63,341 bases of DNA, filler included, from Ministeria vibrans ATCC 50519 (GCA_943704425.1; 9 parts of 9 records of this genome joined end to end with filler, not necessarily neighbours in it), one strand, 5' to 3'; shown: positions 50,039 through 62,964, numbered from the whole stretch's first letter. The notes: generated from the letters alone by a model not told the origin. A program made the numbers and translations.

Positions 50039-50209
50039 GTACCTTCTTCCATATCTCTTCTTCGTCGGCTCTCTTGTCTTCTCTCAACAGTCCACCGACA
50101 CAAACCCGCTTTTTTATGTCTCTGTTTTTGTCGTTGTACTACACCACTGTCCCTCAGACACCTCTCTCACCAGTCCTATCCCTGCGATGTGCTATCTGCC
50201 CTGTTTTAC

Positions 50210-50444
50210 TCTCTCTTTATCACTTTGTTTCTCTCTCTCTATCACTTTGTTTCTTTCCATCACTTTGTTTCTATCTCTATCACTTTGTTTCTCTATCACT
50301 TTGTTTCTTTCTATCACTTTGTTTCTCTCTCTATCACTTTGTTTCTCTCTCTCTATCACTTTGTTTCTTTCTATCACTTTGTTTCTCTCTCTCTATCACT
50401 TTGTTTCTCTCTCTCTATCACTTTGTTTCTCTCTCTCTATCACT

Positions 50445-50478
<34 letters not shown>
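50210..50478. repeat. Minisatellite of CTATCACTTTGTTT(CT)n units
   Basis: About a dozen ATCACTTTGTTTCT cores separated by variable CT runs. Confidence 0.92.
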
Positions 50479-50486
50479 NNNNNNNN

Positions 50487-50559
<73 letters not shown>

Positions 50560-50563
<4 letters not shown>

Positions 50564-53500
50564 AAGAGCCCCTGGACCTTTCCGTCCTTGTCCAGATCGA
50601 CATCAAAAAAGCAAGGACGCGAGCCCAGTCCAGGCATGGTCGACATAGTGCCCACCATGGCCGTCACAAACCCTATCGAAGTGTGAGTTAATACACACAC
50701 ACTCTCTCTCTCCTCCCTCTGTCTGTCTCTCGCTCTCTGTCTCTGCCTTCCTCCTTTCTCTCTCTCATTTGGTTCTTTTTCCTCTCTCTGTCTCTCTTTT
50801 TCTTTCTTCTTCTCTCTCTTTCTTTCTTTCTCCTATCTCTCTCGTTTGGGTATTACCTGCACCACTGGAAACACGCAACTCACGGATGGGCAGATTAAAG
50901 CCAGTTGGGGCGCCCTTGACACTAGCGTCGGCACTGAGGGACAAGTGGGTCTTGGCCATGCAAATAGGGAGTGATCCAAACCCCTGTGCTGTCAGCACCT
51001 CCATCTGCTTCTGTGCCTCGTCGCTAAGACTAATGTCTGCCGCACCGTACACCTTTTGTGCAATGGTGCGGATCTTGGCGTCGATGGGCTCCGCTGTGTC
51101 GTACAGAAAACGGAAGTCCTCGGCAGAGGCACCGTTGCAGACGTCCATGACAGTCGACGCAAGGTCCGTCGCGCCCGCCCCGCCATCCGCCCACAGCGTA
51201 CACGGCACCGCATCGGCCGCACCAGCCTCACGCGCAATATCGCGAATCACTGCCACCTCTGCGTCCGTGTCCGTCGTCATGCGGTTCACAGCAACCACCA
51301 CTGGCACACCAAAAGCACGCACAGCCCGCACCTGCTGCGCCAAGTTAGACTTAGCACCTGCCGCCACCATCGCCACATTCTCCGTTGTGTACGCATCCGG
51401 AAGCACCTTGCCGGCCGTCACCTTGGGTCCGCCCCCGTGCATCTTCAACGCACGCACCGTCGCCACAATCACAGCCTACATAAAAAAAACATTGTAATAA
51501 TAAGATGTCTTAGAGCAGATTGTTGTAAAGTTGAAATGTTACGCAGTGTGGACGGAGGTTGCTGGTACGGCACTTAATGTTAAAAAACTTCTCAACGCCA
51601 ATGTCCGAACCAAAGCCCGCCTCAGTCACCACATATCCCTTGTCGGGTCCAACCAACTTGAGCGCAATTTGGTCCGCAAGAACACTACAAGTGAGAATGT
51701 GTGTCAGTATTTTAAGTTTGTAACTCCTCCGTTTCTCATTCATTTGTTTCACCTGCTGTTTCCCGAGGCAATGTTGGCAAAGGGGCCGGCGTGGACAAAG
51801 ACGGGTGTGCCCTCAAGTGTCTGCATGATGTTGGGGCGGATGGCATCCTTCATGAGGACAGTCAGAGCCCCGCTTACGCCAAGGTCGTCGGCCGTCAGTG
51901 GGTTTCCGTTCGTGTCCGACGCAAAGACCATGCGTCCAAAGCGCTCGCGCATGTCCTCAAGGCCCGTGGTCATGGCGAGAGTCGCCATAATCTCGCTCGC
52001 AACTGCAATGTCGAACCCGGTGCGGCGCTCGTTACCAGCCTCAGTCGCCGCCTGGCCAATAGTGATGTCGCGCAGAAAGCGGTCGTTTGTGTCGACGACA
52101 CGTTTCCAAGAGACGGTTGCCGGGTCAATGTTGAGACGTACAAAGCGGCGGATTTCGTCGTCATCGAGAGCGTCTGGGTCCGTCTTGGTGATGCCGAGAC
52201 GCTGCAGACGGCGCAACATAATGTCGGAGAAGGCGCGCTTGCCTGCCTTGGCGGGCACAATGCGCTTGTAGAGGACGGCGTCGTCGGGGTTGGCGCGCTC
52301 GTGAAGGATACGTGCATCAATAGCGGCCGCCAGCAGGTTGTTGGCGGCGACAACAGCGTGGATGTCGCCCGTGAGGTGCAGGTTGAACTCGTCCATGGGA
52401 ATCACCTGCGAGTAGCCACCGCCCGCGGCGCCGCCCTTGATACCAAAGGTGGGGCCCTGTGACGGCTGACGGATACACGCAAAGACATTTTGGCTAAGGT
52501 GTGCCCCGAGTGCCTGCGTAAGCCCAATGACACAGGTGCTCTTGCCCTCGCCAAAGGGTGTCGGCGTAATCCCACCCACGACCACATACTTGCCCTGCGG
52601 CACGTCCTTGAGTCGGTCCAGCACCGACAGCGACACTTTGCCCTTGTAGCGCCCGTACGGATCAAGTTCGCCGTGGTTGAGACCAATTTCGCGCGCGAGA
52701 CGCACGACCGACTTGGGCTTTTGCGCCGAGGCAATGGCCAGATCGTTGGGGACGGGTCGCAGAGGCGCGATAGGCAGCGGTGTGAGATGCCAGGGGCGCC
52801 AGCTGTCGTGAGCGGCATACTTGGACAGCGCCCGCTCAAAGGCAAGGCGCGTGTTGTCGATGAGCAGCGCGACTGTCATGGGACCCACACCGCCAGGCAC
52901 GGGCGTGATAAAGGCGGCCTTTTCGGAGCACTCGGCAAAGGCAACGTCGCCCACGAGCTTTGTCTTGCCTGGTGTCGCACTTGGTACACTGTTGATGCCC
53001 ACGTCGATGACGACAGCCCCCGGTTTGATCCAGTCGCCACGTACCTTCTCGGGGATGCCAATGGCCGCGACCAGAATGTCGGCCATGCGAACGTGCTCCT
53101 CAAGGTTCGCCGTGCGGCTGTGGCAGTAGGTGACCGTGGCGTCCTCCTGCAGCAACAACTGGCCCATGGGGTGTCCAACAATACTGCTGCGTCCAAGCAC
53201 GACGGCATTTTTGCCGGCGATGGTGGTGCCCGTACTGTGGATGAGTTCGATGCAGCCCTTGGGCGTGCACGGCACAAAGGCCGGCTGGACGCCCTTCTTG
53301 CCAAGCAGACACTGGTTAGCCGAGTGAAACCCATCGACATCCTTGTCGGGCGACACGGCCTCCGTGACGGCACGCTCGTTCATGTGCTGCGGAAGGGGCA
53401 GCTGTACAAGAATGCCGTGCACCGTGCGATCCTCGTTGAGTTCCTCAAGATGCGCCACAAGCGCGTGCTGTGACATGGTCTCGGGGAAGTGCAGGTGCTT

Positions 53501-53578
53501 GAAGCTGATCCCAGCCTCCTCGGCCGCCTTCTTCTTCATGCGCACATACACTGAGCTGTCGTCGCGTGCGCCAACCTA

Positions 53579-53611
<33 letters not shown>

Positions 53612-53853
53612 TGGGTTGATTGAGTGAAAAAGAGAGCGAAGAGTGTTGTGTAGATGGCTATAATAGATACCTGGACGATGGTGAGCCCGGCAGTCTGGCC
53701 TGACGACTCTGCAAGCAGCCGGATCTGTTGAAAGGAAGGAAGGAAGGAAAGGAAGTTGTCATTGGCGCTGTGCTGCTCTCCGTGTACCTTTTCAGCGGCC
53801 GTCTGTCGGACCTTGAGGGCCAACTTACGACCATCAATGACAACGCCACTCAT
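50560..53853 (-). CDS. MTHFD1: Trifunctional C1-tetrahydrofolate synthase
   Basis: [45 protein letters not shown]; [59 protein letters not shown]. Confidence 0.97.
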
Positions 53854-54732
53854 GGAACGAACTGAAGGAGTGAAAGAGGAAAAGAATGAAGATTGTCGAT
53901 TGATTTGGGATGAGTGAACTTGAGAATATGTGCCCTGATGGAGATAGCGCGTTGTTTTGTGTATGTGGTTGTTTCACAACGTCGACCAGACCAATGCGCT
54001 GTGTTTGTTGTTGAGTTTCTTAAGCTGCACGCGAGCGGGAAAGGCCAACGGCGACAATAGTGCGACTTTTTCGCTTTTCTTTTTTTCGTTTCTACTGTCG
54101 TTCACGCGGAAGAGCACTCAAGCGCTTGAAGAGATGATTAAACACCAGTATGATGAGTATAATTCTGGTAGACAGGAGGAGGGATTGACGGAGAGAGAGA
54201 GAGGAGAGAAACAAAACGTATTTATTTTGGCATTTCAAACGAATTCAAACGAGCGCACGCTACGTACACCGCGGAGTAGCGCAGTACACTCAAATACGCA
54301 GCCAATAGCGCCAAAGCAAAGGACACACGAAGCTGATTAGCAAAAGAGGGAAACAGGACAAGTTCATACCGTGAGACTGCAACAGCACTTTGCTGTGATT
54401 GCTCAAGACGGACAGCATGAGCAAGGTGTGCTACTGTGCTTGGCTATTGGTACTGTACTGTGTGAAAAAGGGAAGCGAGAGTGCGATTTTATATAAAAAA
54501 TAATAATAGTAATAAGTGATATTTTCATTCAAGTTTCAACTCAATGACATAAATGCCGGTGACTTACACAATCAACATTCAAAAATCAACGCAGCGAATA
54601 AGAAATTATATGTAGGACTTGAAGGCTACGACCTACGGCCTACGAAGCAGCCAGAAGCCTCAGTAGACACCGCTATCGGGATGAACAGGAATGTATTATA
54701 CTAGTATACAGTCATCAATCACGATGATACAG

Positions 54733-55048
54733 TTATCGGTTGCGAAAGAGAAAGAGGGTGTCGTCGTCGGTACCATAGCTGGTGCGTGCCTTTTCAAACT
54801 GATCCAAGCTAACCTCACAGAGGGGCTCGGAGCGGGCAGGGTCTGCATAGAATACTACGCCGCGAGCTGTGTCAAAGCCAGTCAGAACAACATAGTGACC
54901 CGAGTAGGAGTTATGAGCACGTCGTAGGTGGTTGGCCAACGCACGGAGGCGCCCTTGTCGATGAGAATTGAGGATGATAGAGTTGACCAGAATGATGGCC
55001 ACTTCTCCTGCCCTCAAGTGATCCGCCAGCGTCACCCAAGCGGTTCGT
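54733..55048 (-). CDS. GUCD1: GUCD1-like protein, last exon
   Basis: AIILVNS...YSGHYVVLTGFD...FYADP...FEKARTSYGTDDDTLFL. Confidence 0.85.
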
Positions 55049-55070
55049 CTACACACACACACACACCAAA

Positions 55071-55114
<44 letters not shown>

Positions 55115-55763
55115 ACAAAGACACACCACNNNNNNNNNNNNNNNNNNNNNNNNNNNNNNNNNNNNNNNNNNNNTTAATTAATTAANNNNNNNNNNNNNNN
55201 NNNNNNNNNNNNNNNNNNNNNNNNNNNNNGCATTCGTCGCCGCACGGCACTGCGGATGGTACAGCTGTCGCCACCGTCTACGAAGAAGAAGGCGGTCGTG
55301 ACCACGTCGATGCGGGGCCGCCGTCGCACCCAGAGCCTGTCCTTTGATTTTATGTTATGATTGTGTTGACACTTCTTCAATAAATATTAGTGAGTTGTCG
55401 TGAAAATAGGTGCCGATCGGCGTGGAGAACAGGCACGCCTAACTCGACTTTCGGGCTTGATTGGAGCAAAGACGAGGACGAGTATGCATACGCTGTGTCA
55501 CAGACACTAACGCAACGGGAAGAGAAGGAGACTGGCCGGGCAATGTGCTCGCGCTGCCGAGTGGATCATCTGCTACCAACGGCCTTCCCGCTCAGAGACG
55601 CTGCACTGGCGGGCAATCGGCAATCCGGAGGATGTATGTCTTAAATGCATCGCAAAGGAACACAAGGGGTTAAACATCCCGGAGTATTTCTCAATGCAGC
55701 AGTCAACATGAAGTAGTATCGTCATGAACAGGATAAATTTTATACACTGAATTGTGAATTGTG

Positions 55764-56459
55764 TTAAACTTTGCGAAAGGAAAGAGCCTGGTAGAGACCA
55801 ATGACCTCCCACTCGGCATCGCTGATGCGCTGGGTGCCAAAGACACGCATGCGACGCAGCAGATCAGCATACTTGGTCGCATGCTTCAGGAAGAGCTCAT
55901 GGAAGCCATCGCACGACACCAGCTCAAGATTGTACTCGCGCGCCAGGGCCACAAAAGTCGGCAAATGCACCAAATACTCCGCACACGAGTCCACTGCGTC
56001 GGTCAGCGAGAACTCATAGGCCGCGCCGTACAATGGGACCGACTCAGACTCGTCGCTGTGAGGGCATCAATATGAGTGCGACTGATTGTGCAACTGATTT
56101 GCGTTTGCGATTCTTTGTGTGATTGATTTGTGTGCTTGGGTCTAACCTGAGAGAGGGAAACGCAATGCGGAACACAGAATTGCCAAACGACGCAACTCCC
56201 GACATCTTCTTCTCTTCTCTTGCCCTATGCACTAACCTACACGAAAACACACACAAAAGTTAATCTTTCTTCACATTCACACTTGTCTTCTGTCTTACCT
56301 CTCGGCACACGGAAGAGTGCACACAAACATTCCTCCAACGCGCAGTCGCTCTGTGATATTCTGCATCATTTGACGCGCTTTTGCTTCCGTTTCAAACATA
56401 TAGTGAATGGAGAACTGACAGTTGACCAGATCAAACATAATGTCTGTCCCACTCGAGTC
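55764..56459 (-). CDS. RNMT: mRNA cap guanine-N7 methyltransferase, C-terminal exons
   Basis: FDLVNCQFSIHYMFETEAKARQMMQNI..LRVGGMFVCTLP; FGNSVFRIAF; YEFSLTDAVDSCAEYLV; ISDAEWEVIGLY. Confidence 0.92.
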
Positions 56460-56477
56460 CTAATAATAATGCACCTT

Positions 56478-56533
<56 letters not shown>

Positions 56534-56751
56534 NNNNNNNNNNNNNNNNNNNNNNNNNNNNNNNNNNNNNNNNNNNNTTAATTAATTAANNNNNNNNNNN
56601 NNNNNNNNNNNNNNNNNNNNNNNNNNNNNNNNNGGCTCGTTGCATTGTCGTCCCATCTGCTTGCTTGCAAACCGATTCCCTCCAACTCGTCATCACGGGC
56701 AGTGCGCTCGTCTTCCGCATATACGTCCTCTTCACAGCATCCACGTAACTT

Positions 56752-56778
56752 CTAACCCTAACCCTAACCCTAACCCTA
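56752..56778 (+). repeat. (CCCTAA)n telomere-type repeat inside an apparent short intron
   Basis: gtaactt-ctaaccctaaccctaaccctaacccta-...ttcag. Confidence 0.8.
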
Positions 56779-56906
56779 CAACACGTCTTTGTCATTCAGC
56801 CTGTAAAGTGGCCAAGACATGCTCATAGTTTCTATTTTAAACTCCTCACTTTATTAAAATTATTTTTTTCTTTCGTTTATTTCTTACTTGACTTTCTCCT
56901 TCTCTC

Positions 56907-56958
<52 letters not shown>

Positions 56959-56965
56959 CGTGGAC

Positions 56966-58579
56966 TTAATCCCTCTTTGAAGGCGACGGGTCTTGCGGTC
57001 TCTTGGTGGTATACTGTCGCGAGGGCACACTGTTGGCAACAAATGTCTTTGAAGCGCGTGTGAGCATGGGCGAACCGGCGGGCGCCCCCGAGTTCTCGCT
57101 GTCGGTGCGAGGGCGGCTCTGGACCGGCAGAGGGGCAGACTGGCCAAGCAAGGGTGTGCGTTCGTTCTGGTAGGGTGAGCTAGTGACGGCTTTGCTCTTC
57201 TTCTTCTTGGGACTGGGCTCGCCGCTGTCGTCATAGTCGTTGTCGTCATCGTCGTTACTGCTGCTGCTTGCGTTGCTTTTGTCGTCACCGTATCCACCTT
57301 CAGTGCGTGTCAGGATGTCTTCTTCGAGGTCTTTGCCGCCCGAGTCATACAACCAAAACTGAATGAAAATCTATTCAAGAAGACTTGAGAATGAAGGATG
57401 GAACATTGCAAAATAAAAGAGTTATGTTGCTTACAGTGAAATCAAAGCAAAGAGTGCCAACACTGCCGACAAGCCAAGGGAGACGAAGAAGCAGATAGTC
57501 TGAGCCGGTGCCCTCCATGAAGACACTTGCGGCGTACGTCAGATTGCCCATGACAGCCATGGTGAACATGGCCAGCGACAGACCGCCTGTTGCTTTGCGC
57601 CGGAAGTTTTTGACAATCTGCGGGACGCGCGAGGTGAGGTACAGCGTTGCCGAGACAATGCCAATCATGTAGCCGATGAACTCGGCATGGGTCTGAAATA
57701 GAACAAAAAGGTAAGACGTATAATGACAAGGAAGAATAATTACATACAATAAGTGTATGGGAGAGAGAAAAGAGAAAGAGAACGTATTTAAATGCAGACA
57801 GGTAAAGACAAAGAGTAAAGAAACTGAGATGCAAAAACAAAGACATACAGAGGGAGAAAGAGAAGATAAAGAGAGGGAGAGGAAGTGATAGATGAGAGAG
57901 AGAAAGAACAAGTGATAGAGAGAGGAAAAAGAAATAGCAGGTCATAGAGAGAGAGAGACCATAACAACGACACATAATGTCTACCATGTCGGTGAAGATG
58001 GACTGAAGGACACGACCGCCGGGAGCGCGGGATGAAGTGACAATGGGGGAAAGATGAGGGGTACGCGACGTCAGATGGAGTGTGTCTGTGACGGGAGTGG
58101 GTGCTGCAAACATGAGACCAGCCGTGGAGAGACACAGGAATAGCAATACAACAGGGAGGGTGCGCGCCTCGCTTCCACCAAGGCCTACATGAGTGAGAAA
58201 AAGGGGTTATTTTGCAAAGTAGGGAAGTGTGTGGCGCTCGTACCTGCATGTTGAATTTTCATAGCTCTACGCGCTCGCCGTCTTTGCATTTTACGTACTC
58301 TGTAGTAGGTCCACTGAGAGCACATAAAAAAATCGACAATGCAAAAGTAGATGGCAGTGTAAATTTGTGTGGCGTTCTGATGGGTGAGCAAGGCGCCTGC
58401 AAGATTGGTCGTATCGCCCAGGAGCCAGATTAAGAGGAAGGTTGGGGACAAGGAGTCGGCCTGCGAGAAGGGGAAATACGGATGTTAGATGAGAGAAATG
58501 CGCATTAAGTTGTGAGTTGATACATTGCCGTTTTTGAAATTCATGTAGAGCTGTGGCGCCTGTGCGACCAGCCAGAAGC
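56966..58579 (-). CDS. PQLC2: PQ-loop lysosomal/vacuolar cationic amino-acid transporter (PQLC2/Ypq-like), 5' truncated
   Basis: AQAPQLYMNF, LSPTFLLIWLLGDTTNLAG, LYLTSRVPQIVKNFRRK..GLS, LPWLVGSVGTLCFD; ERTPLL dileucine motif. Confidence 0.9.
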
Positions 58580-58828
58580 CTAGGAGTGAACGAGGAGCGA
58601 TGAGGCGTGATCATGCCACTTGCACAGCCGTTGACACAGACACATTGACATGCAGGTCAGTCCCCACGCTTGCCCATTCGCGTGGGGTTTTAACGGCGCG
58701 CNNNNNNNNNNNNNNNNNNNNNNNNNNNNNNNNNNNNNNNNNNNNTTAATTAATTAANNNNNNNNNNNNNNNNNNNNNNNNNNNNNNNNNNNNNNNNNNN
58801 NATAATAATAATAATAATAATAATAATA

Positions 58829-58899
<71 letters not shown>

Positions 58900-58940
58900 G
58901 ACTTCCGACCTTGTATTGATGACTTATTTTGGTATGTTAG

Positions 58941-60835
58941 ACACAAAACATCTTCTTGACGCACAACAACATTATCAAAATTGGCGACTTTGGCATCTCC
59001 AAACAACTCGAGAACGAATTGTAAGAGTAGTGTTAAAAAAATTAATAATTATTCTGACTTGGTGTGTTTTAATTTATAGTGACATGGCAAACACACTGAT
59101 TGGCTCGCCATACTTTATGTCGCCCGAAGTGTACAGCCATAAGCCATATGACAAGAAGAGCGACGTGTGGGCCATGGGCTGCGTGCTGTATGAGCTTGTA
59201 ACGCTCAAGCACGCTTTCAACGGGCGTAACCTGCCTGCGCTCACGCTCAACGTGCTGCGCGGCGCTGTCTCGCCCATCCCCGAACACTACAGCAGTGATT
59301 TGAAGAAGCTTATTCACTCCATGCTGCGTGTCAAGCCGGAAGACCGTCCTTTTGTTGGTGATCTGTTGCGCGAGCGGTTCATCCGCTCTCACATTGAACT
59401 CTTCCTCAAATCGCACCAGAGCGAGTCGTCCAAGCGAACGAAATCGCGCGGCTCCAAAAGACGCACAGACAGTACGAGCACGGTGGTAGCCGCACCAGCA
59501 TCAGCATCATCGTCACGCCAGTCCACGCCCGAGACAGGCAACAGTCACACGTCAGCGCGTCTGCACAGCGCCTCGGATATCCCTTCCAGCTCCAGCGCAA
59601 GCGCATACACGTCCACTACATCGTCCTCCGGCTCAAACGCATCTGCTAGTTCGCCGGAGCCTCGCGGCCAACTGCAACAGCGAAAGATTTCTGCTCCAGC
59701 GACCGTACATGTCTCTCATGATCACAGCGATCGCAACGTCGACCGTCCTTCCCGTGCTCGCGTCGCCCAACAAAAGCTCACTCGTCTCAACGTCAGCCCC
59801 ATCGATTGTGATCATGAATCCCCTCGGCCTTTAAATACTCATTCCTCCTCGAGCTCGACATCCGTGCCACCTTCATCCTCACACGCGGGCAGTACCGGGG
59901 CCGCCCCCGCTCTCCACCCGCTGTCTCCGCGCGAGGCACGGCGTCGCGAGCGCCTCTCGGACAAGTCCTGCAAAAAGTCCAGTCCTCGCGACCGTGTCGT
60001 CGCGCGTCTTCCACGCAAATCATCCTTGCCCGCGGCATCATTGTTGCGTGCGTCCCCTCCCACCCAGTCAGTATCCAAGAGAGTCCCCCCTCGTGCCCCC
60101 CTTCCCGCCATCCCCACACCCTCTTCGAGTCCTCCGATATCGCCCCAGACACAACAACCTGGTAATGTGAAGCCGACAGCACGTGACCGTCGTCGCCGCG
60201 AACTGCAGCAGCAAGCCAGCGCAAACTGCCGCGCCGGCCCTCACGACACTGAAGTGTTTCAAGTGCACCAGTGTGCCCCAGAGAGCGCCATCATGAGTGC
60301 ACAGGCGTCCACTAGCGGCAGGAGACCCCCCACTGCAGCTGTACTTGACGCCGACTATGCTGATCGTCGTCATGCGGTACGGGGGGATGAGGATGAGAGC
60401 TACAGCGATGCGAGTGACAGCGCGACGGAGCTTGAAGTGGAGTGGAATGACGACGAGCGATCGCGCATGTACACGCGGCAGCTCAGCGAGGCTATTCACG
60501 TGCCTCCCTTGGCCATGGTGGCAAGCGAAAGTGCCCCCCCGGTCTCTGCAAGTAGCAGCGGTGAGCCCGCCAGTGCGACCCCTGTACATGTGCATTTGAG
60601 CAGTGCTTTGCCGCCCAGCGCTGGCAAACTGCAAGACCGCATTCCCAAACTGCACTCATTGCTGGCCAGTGTGCTTGGAGAGGATATGCTTGCGCAAGCA
60701 GTTGCCCTGGCACGCCAGGACGACGCCGACACACTCGACGACACACTCTACGACGAGGACGACGACGACGCACGCGATGCCGCCCTCAAGGCGCTCCTGG
60801 GCGACTCTCTTCACGAGAGGTATAGCGCTCTTGTC
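58941..60835 (+). CDS. NIMA-related kinase (NEK4/NEK1-like), both ends truncated
   Basis: TQNIFLT...IKIGDFGISK|...TLIGSPYFMSPE..KPYDKKSDVWAMGCVLYELVTLKHAF; long Ser/Pro-rich tail. Confidence 0.9.
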
Positions 60836-61041
60836 NNNNNNNNNNNNNNNNNNNNNNNNNNNNNNNNNNNNNNNNNNNNTTAATTAATTAANNNNNNNNN
60901 NNNNNNNNNNNNNNNNNNNNNNNNNNNNNNNNNNNAACATCCGTTGCTGGCGAGGCACCAGCACCCCCGCTGTGGCCATACGCCCGCTCAAATCAAACGA
61001 CGCGTCCGTCGCCATCAGGAGCACACCGGCACCATTGTCAG

Positions 61042-61080
61042 CCTAACCCTAAACCTAACCCTAAACCTAACCCTAACCCT
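61042..61080 (+). repeat. Mixed CCCTAA/ACCTAA telomere-like repeat
   Basis: cctaaccctaaacctaaccctaaacctaaccctaaccct. Confidence 0.8.
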
Positions 61081-62319
61081 GAAACGGCACAAGCCACAGT
61101 GCGACCTGCGCATTCGCACCATCCTGTGACGCATCCTTCAACCGTTCTTGAAAGCCCGCCTGTAGTACGTCCAGGGCGCGCTCTATAGCACTAACCCCAG
61201 ATGCAGTGCACGCAAACATGTGGTCCTAACCCTAACCTTTCCAGGCCATTGGCTTTGCTCTCGCAGGTGCTTGGCGATGCTGCCTTTGTCCATGATCTAG
61301 GCAGTATCGCGCGAATGGACCAGTGACAAGCGCAAAAACCTGCAGATCAAGGTGTTCGGTTCTCTCGCTAATATAGCTCTGGCCTTTGGACAGTGACTAA
61401 CGAAGCGGCGGGGTTAGGTATCATTATTAATATTTTTTTTTGGAAATGTCTTCTTCTTCTATTTATTCATTTGTATTCTTCTTCTATTTATTCAAATAAC
61501 AAGTTCCTTGTATCCCCTCATGCTATGACCACCATAACCCGCGCTTCACGCATAGACTGACTCCCCACCATCCTCTCACTGCGGTATACGAAATTTCTCG
61601 CGATCGTTGACCGCCGCCGGATGTGAAGCGACTCATGCTCAGGCTCTCCATTGTACCTCCATTGCTGCCGACGCTGGTGTCCTTGCAGATACGTGCACCA
61701 CACGTTTATTACGTGCTCTAGCTGTGCGCGTCTTCATTCCAAATCCCTTATTTCTTTTTTACGTTTGCTGCGACAGCATCTATGGACGATCCATTGTCTC
61801 AGGGCTACTGTGGTGGGTATTTTTTCCATGATTATTAACAGGCACGCGACACAGATATTTTTTGGAGTAGGCATATCCAATACTTTCTCTGGCGATGCCA
61901 CTGCGACTTGCACTCTATACCGCATGACCTTTACCTCCATCACCCTTTAGTTTTAAGCCCGGCCATTTGAAACAATAATTTCATCTTTTCACATTTCTTC
62001 CTCCGCAACACAGGGAAGAGGGTCTTTTCTAGCTGTATACGGGTTGCCTTGGATGCAGTCGGGAATTGGTGACGCGACGCTGGTCGGCATGCGCGGTCGT
62101 GGAGTAAACTAAGAGCCATGATAGCGGCAACTAGACATTGATTGCAGCCAGCGCTGAAGAAGCACTAGAGTTGAGTAGAAGTCGTAGAAAAGAAATTCTT
62201 TTATCCTAATATTCTTTCATACTGAGCGGGCTTAAAAAACTAGAGGGTGAGAGAACGGAATGTATTACGGTTTTTAAAATCTGATTTTCGCAATTATGTT
62301 CTTTTATTCATGCAATTAC

Positions 62320-62964
62320 TTAGACACACGAGCCTGGAGTTGTGCCGAAGCTTGTAGCTTTCAGCTCCAAAAGAGAAATGTAGACAGGACCTGCACTGAC
62401 GTATGAACCCACACTCATAATTTGCGAGCCGAAAGACTCCGTGGCAATACACGCACGCTGCGTATGATCGTAGGAGACGGCGGCGAGATCAACTGTAGTT
62501 TTCACCTTCACTGCTTCGACGTGGGGTGTTCCCGCTTGGCATCCGGTAAAAATGATTTCAGCTTTGCACAACTGCCCATCTCCAAGCTGAGGACAAGGGA
62601 CACGATACACATAAAAATAATTAATAATAAGAGAAGAAGAAGAATGTCTTCTCTAGGGGTTCTGTTAGTTATTATTGGGTAACACTGCATACCGGTAGGC
62701 AGGATCCTCGAGCGGAATAGGAGTTGGTGCTGGTCAAGGTTTCTCCGAACGGGAGAGCAGAGTCTGAGCTGTCGACGAGCGAGGCAGTAGAGTGAGAGGA
62801 CAGGAATGTGACTCTAAAAGAAGATCAATTTCAGCAGCGGATTCAGCGAACGAGTTTGTTTACCGGCACACGGTGAACGCTGAATGCATGCCCGTACTGA
62901 TAGGAGCTGGGGTCGGTTGAGCAAGGCAGGCAATGACGACAAGAACAACAAGCGAAGTATGCAT
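62320..62964 (-). CDS. Small secreted Cys-containing orphan protein (3 exons, about 165 aa)
   Basis: MHTSLVVLVVIACLAQPTPA signal-like start; GT-AG splicing keeps frame: ...TVCR|VTFLSS...GSCLP|LGDGQLCKAEIIFTGC...RACIA...GSCV*. Confidence 0.6.

Noticed and set aside
49711-50691. Long Leu/Ser/Phe-rich ORFs
   Set aside because: Translations of minisatellite and microsatellite DNA across an N gap.
51531-53473. Long antisense ORFs over MTHFD1 (likewise over IFT140, the oxidase and TRPML)
   Set aside because: Expected shadows of GC-rich codon usage; no motifs recognised.
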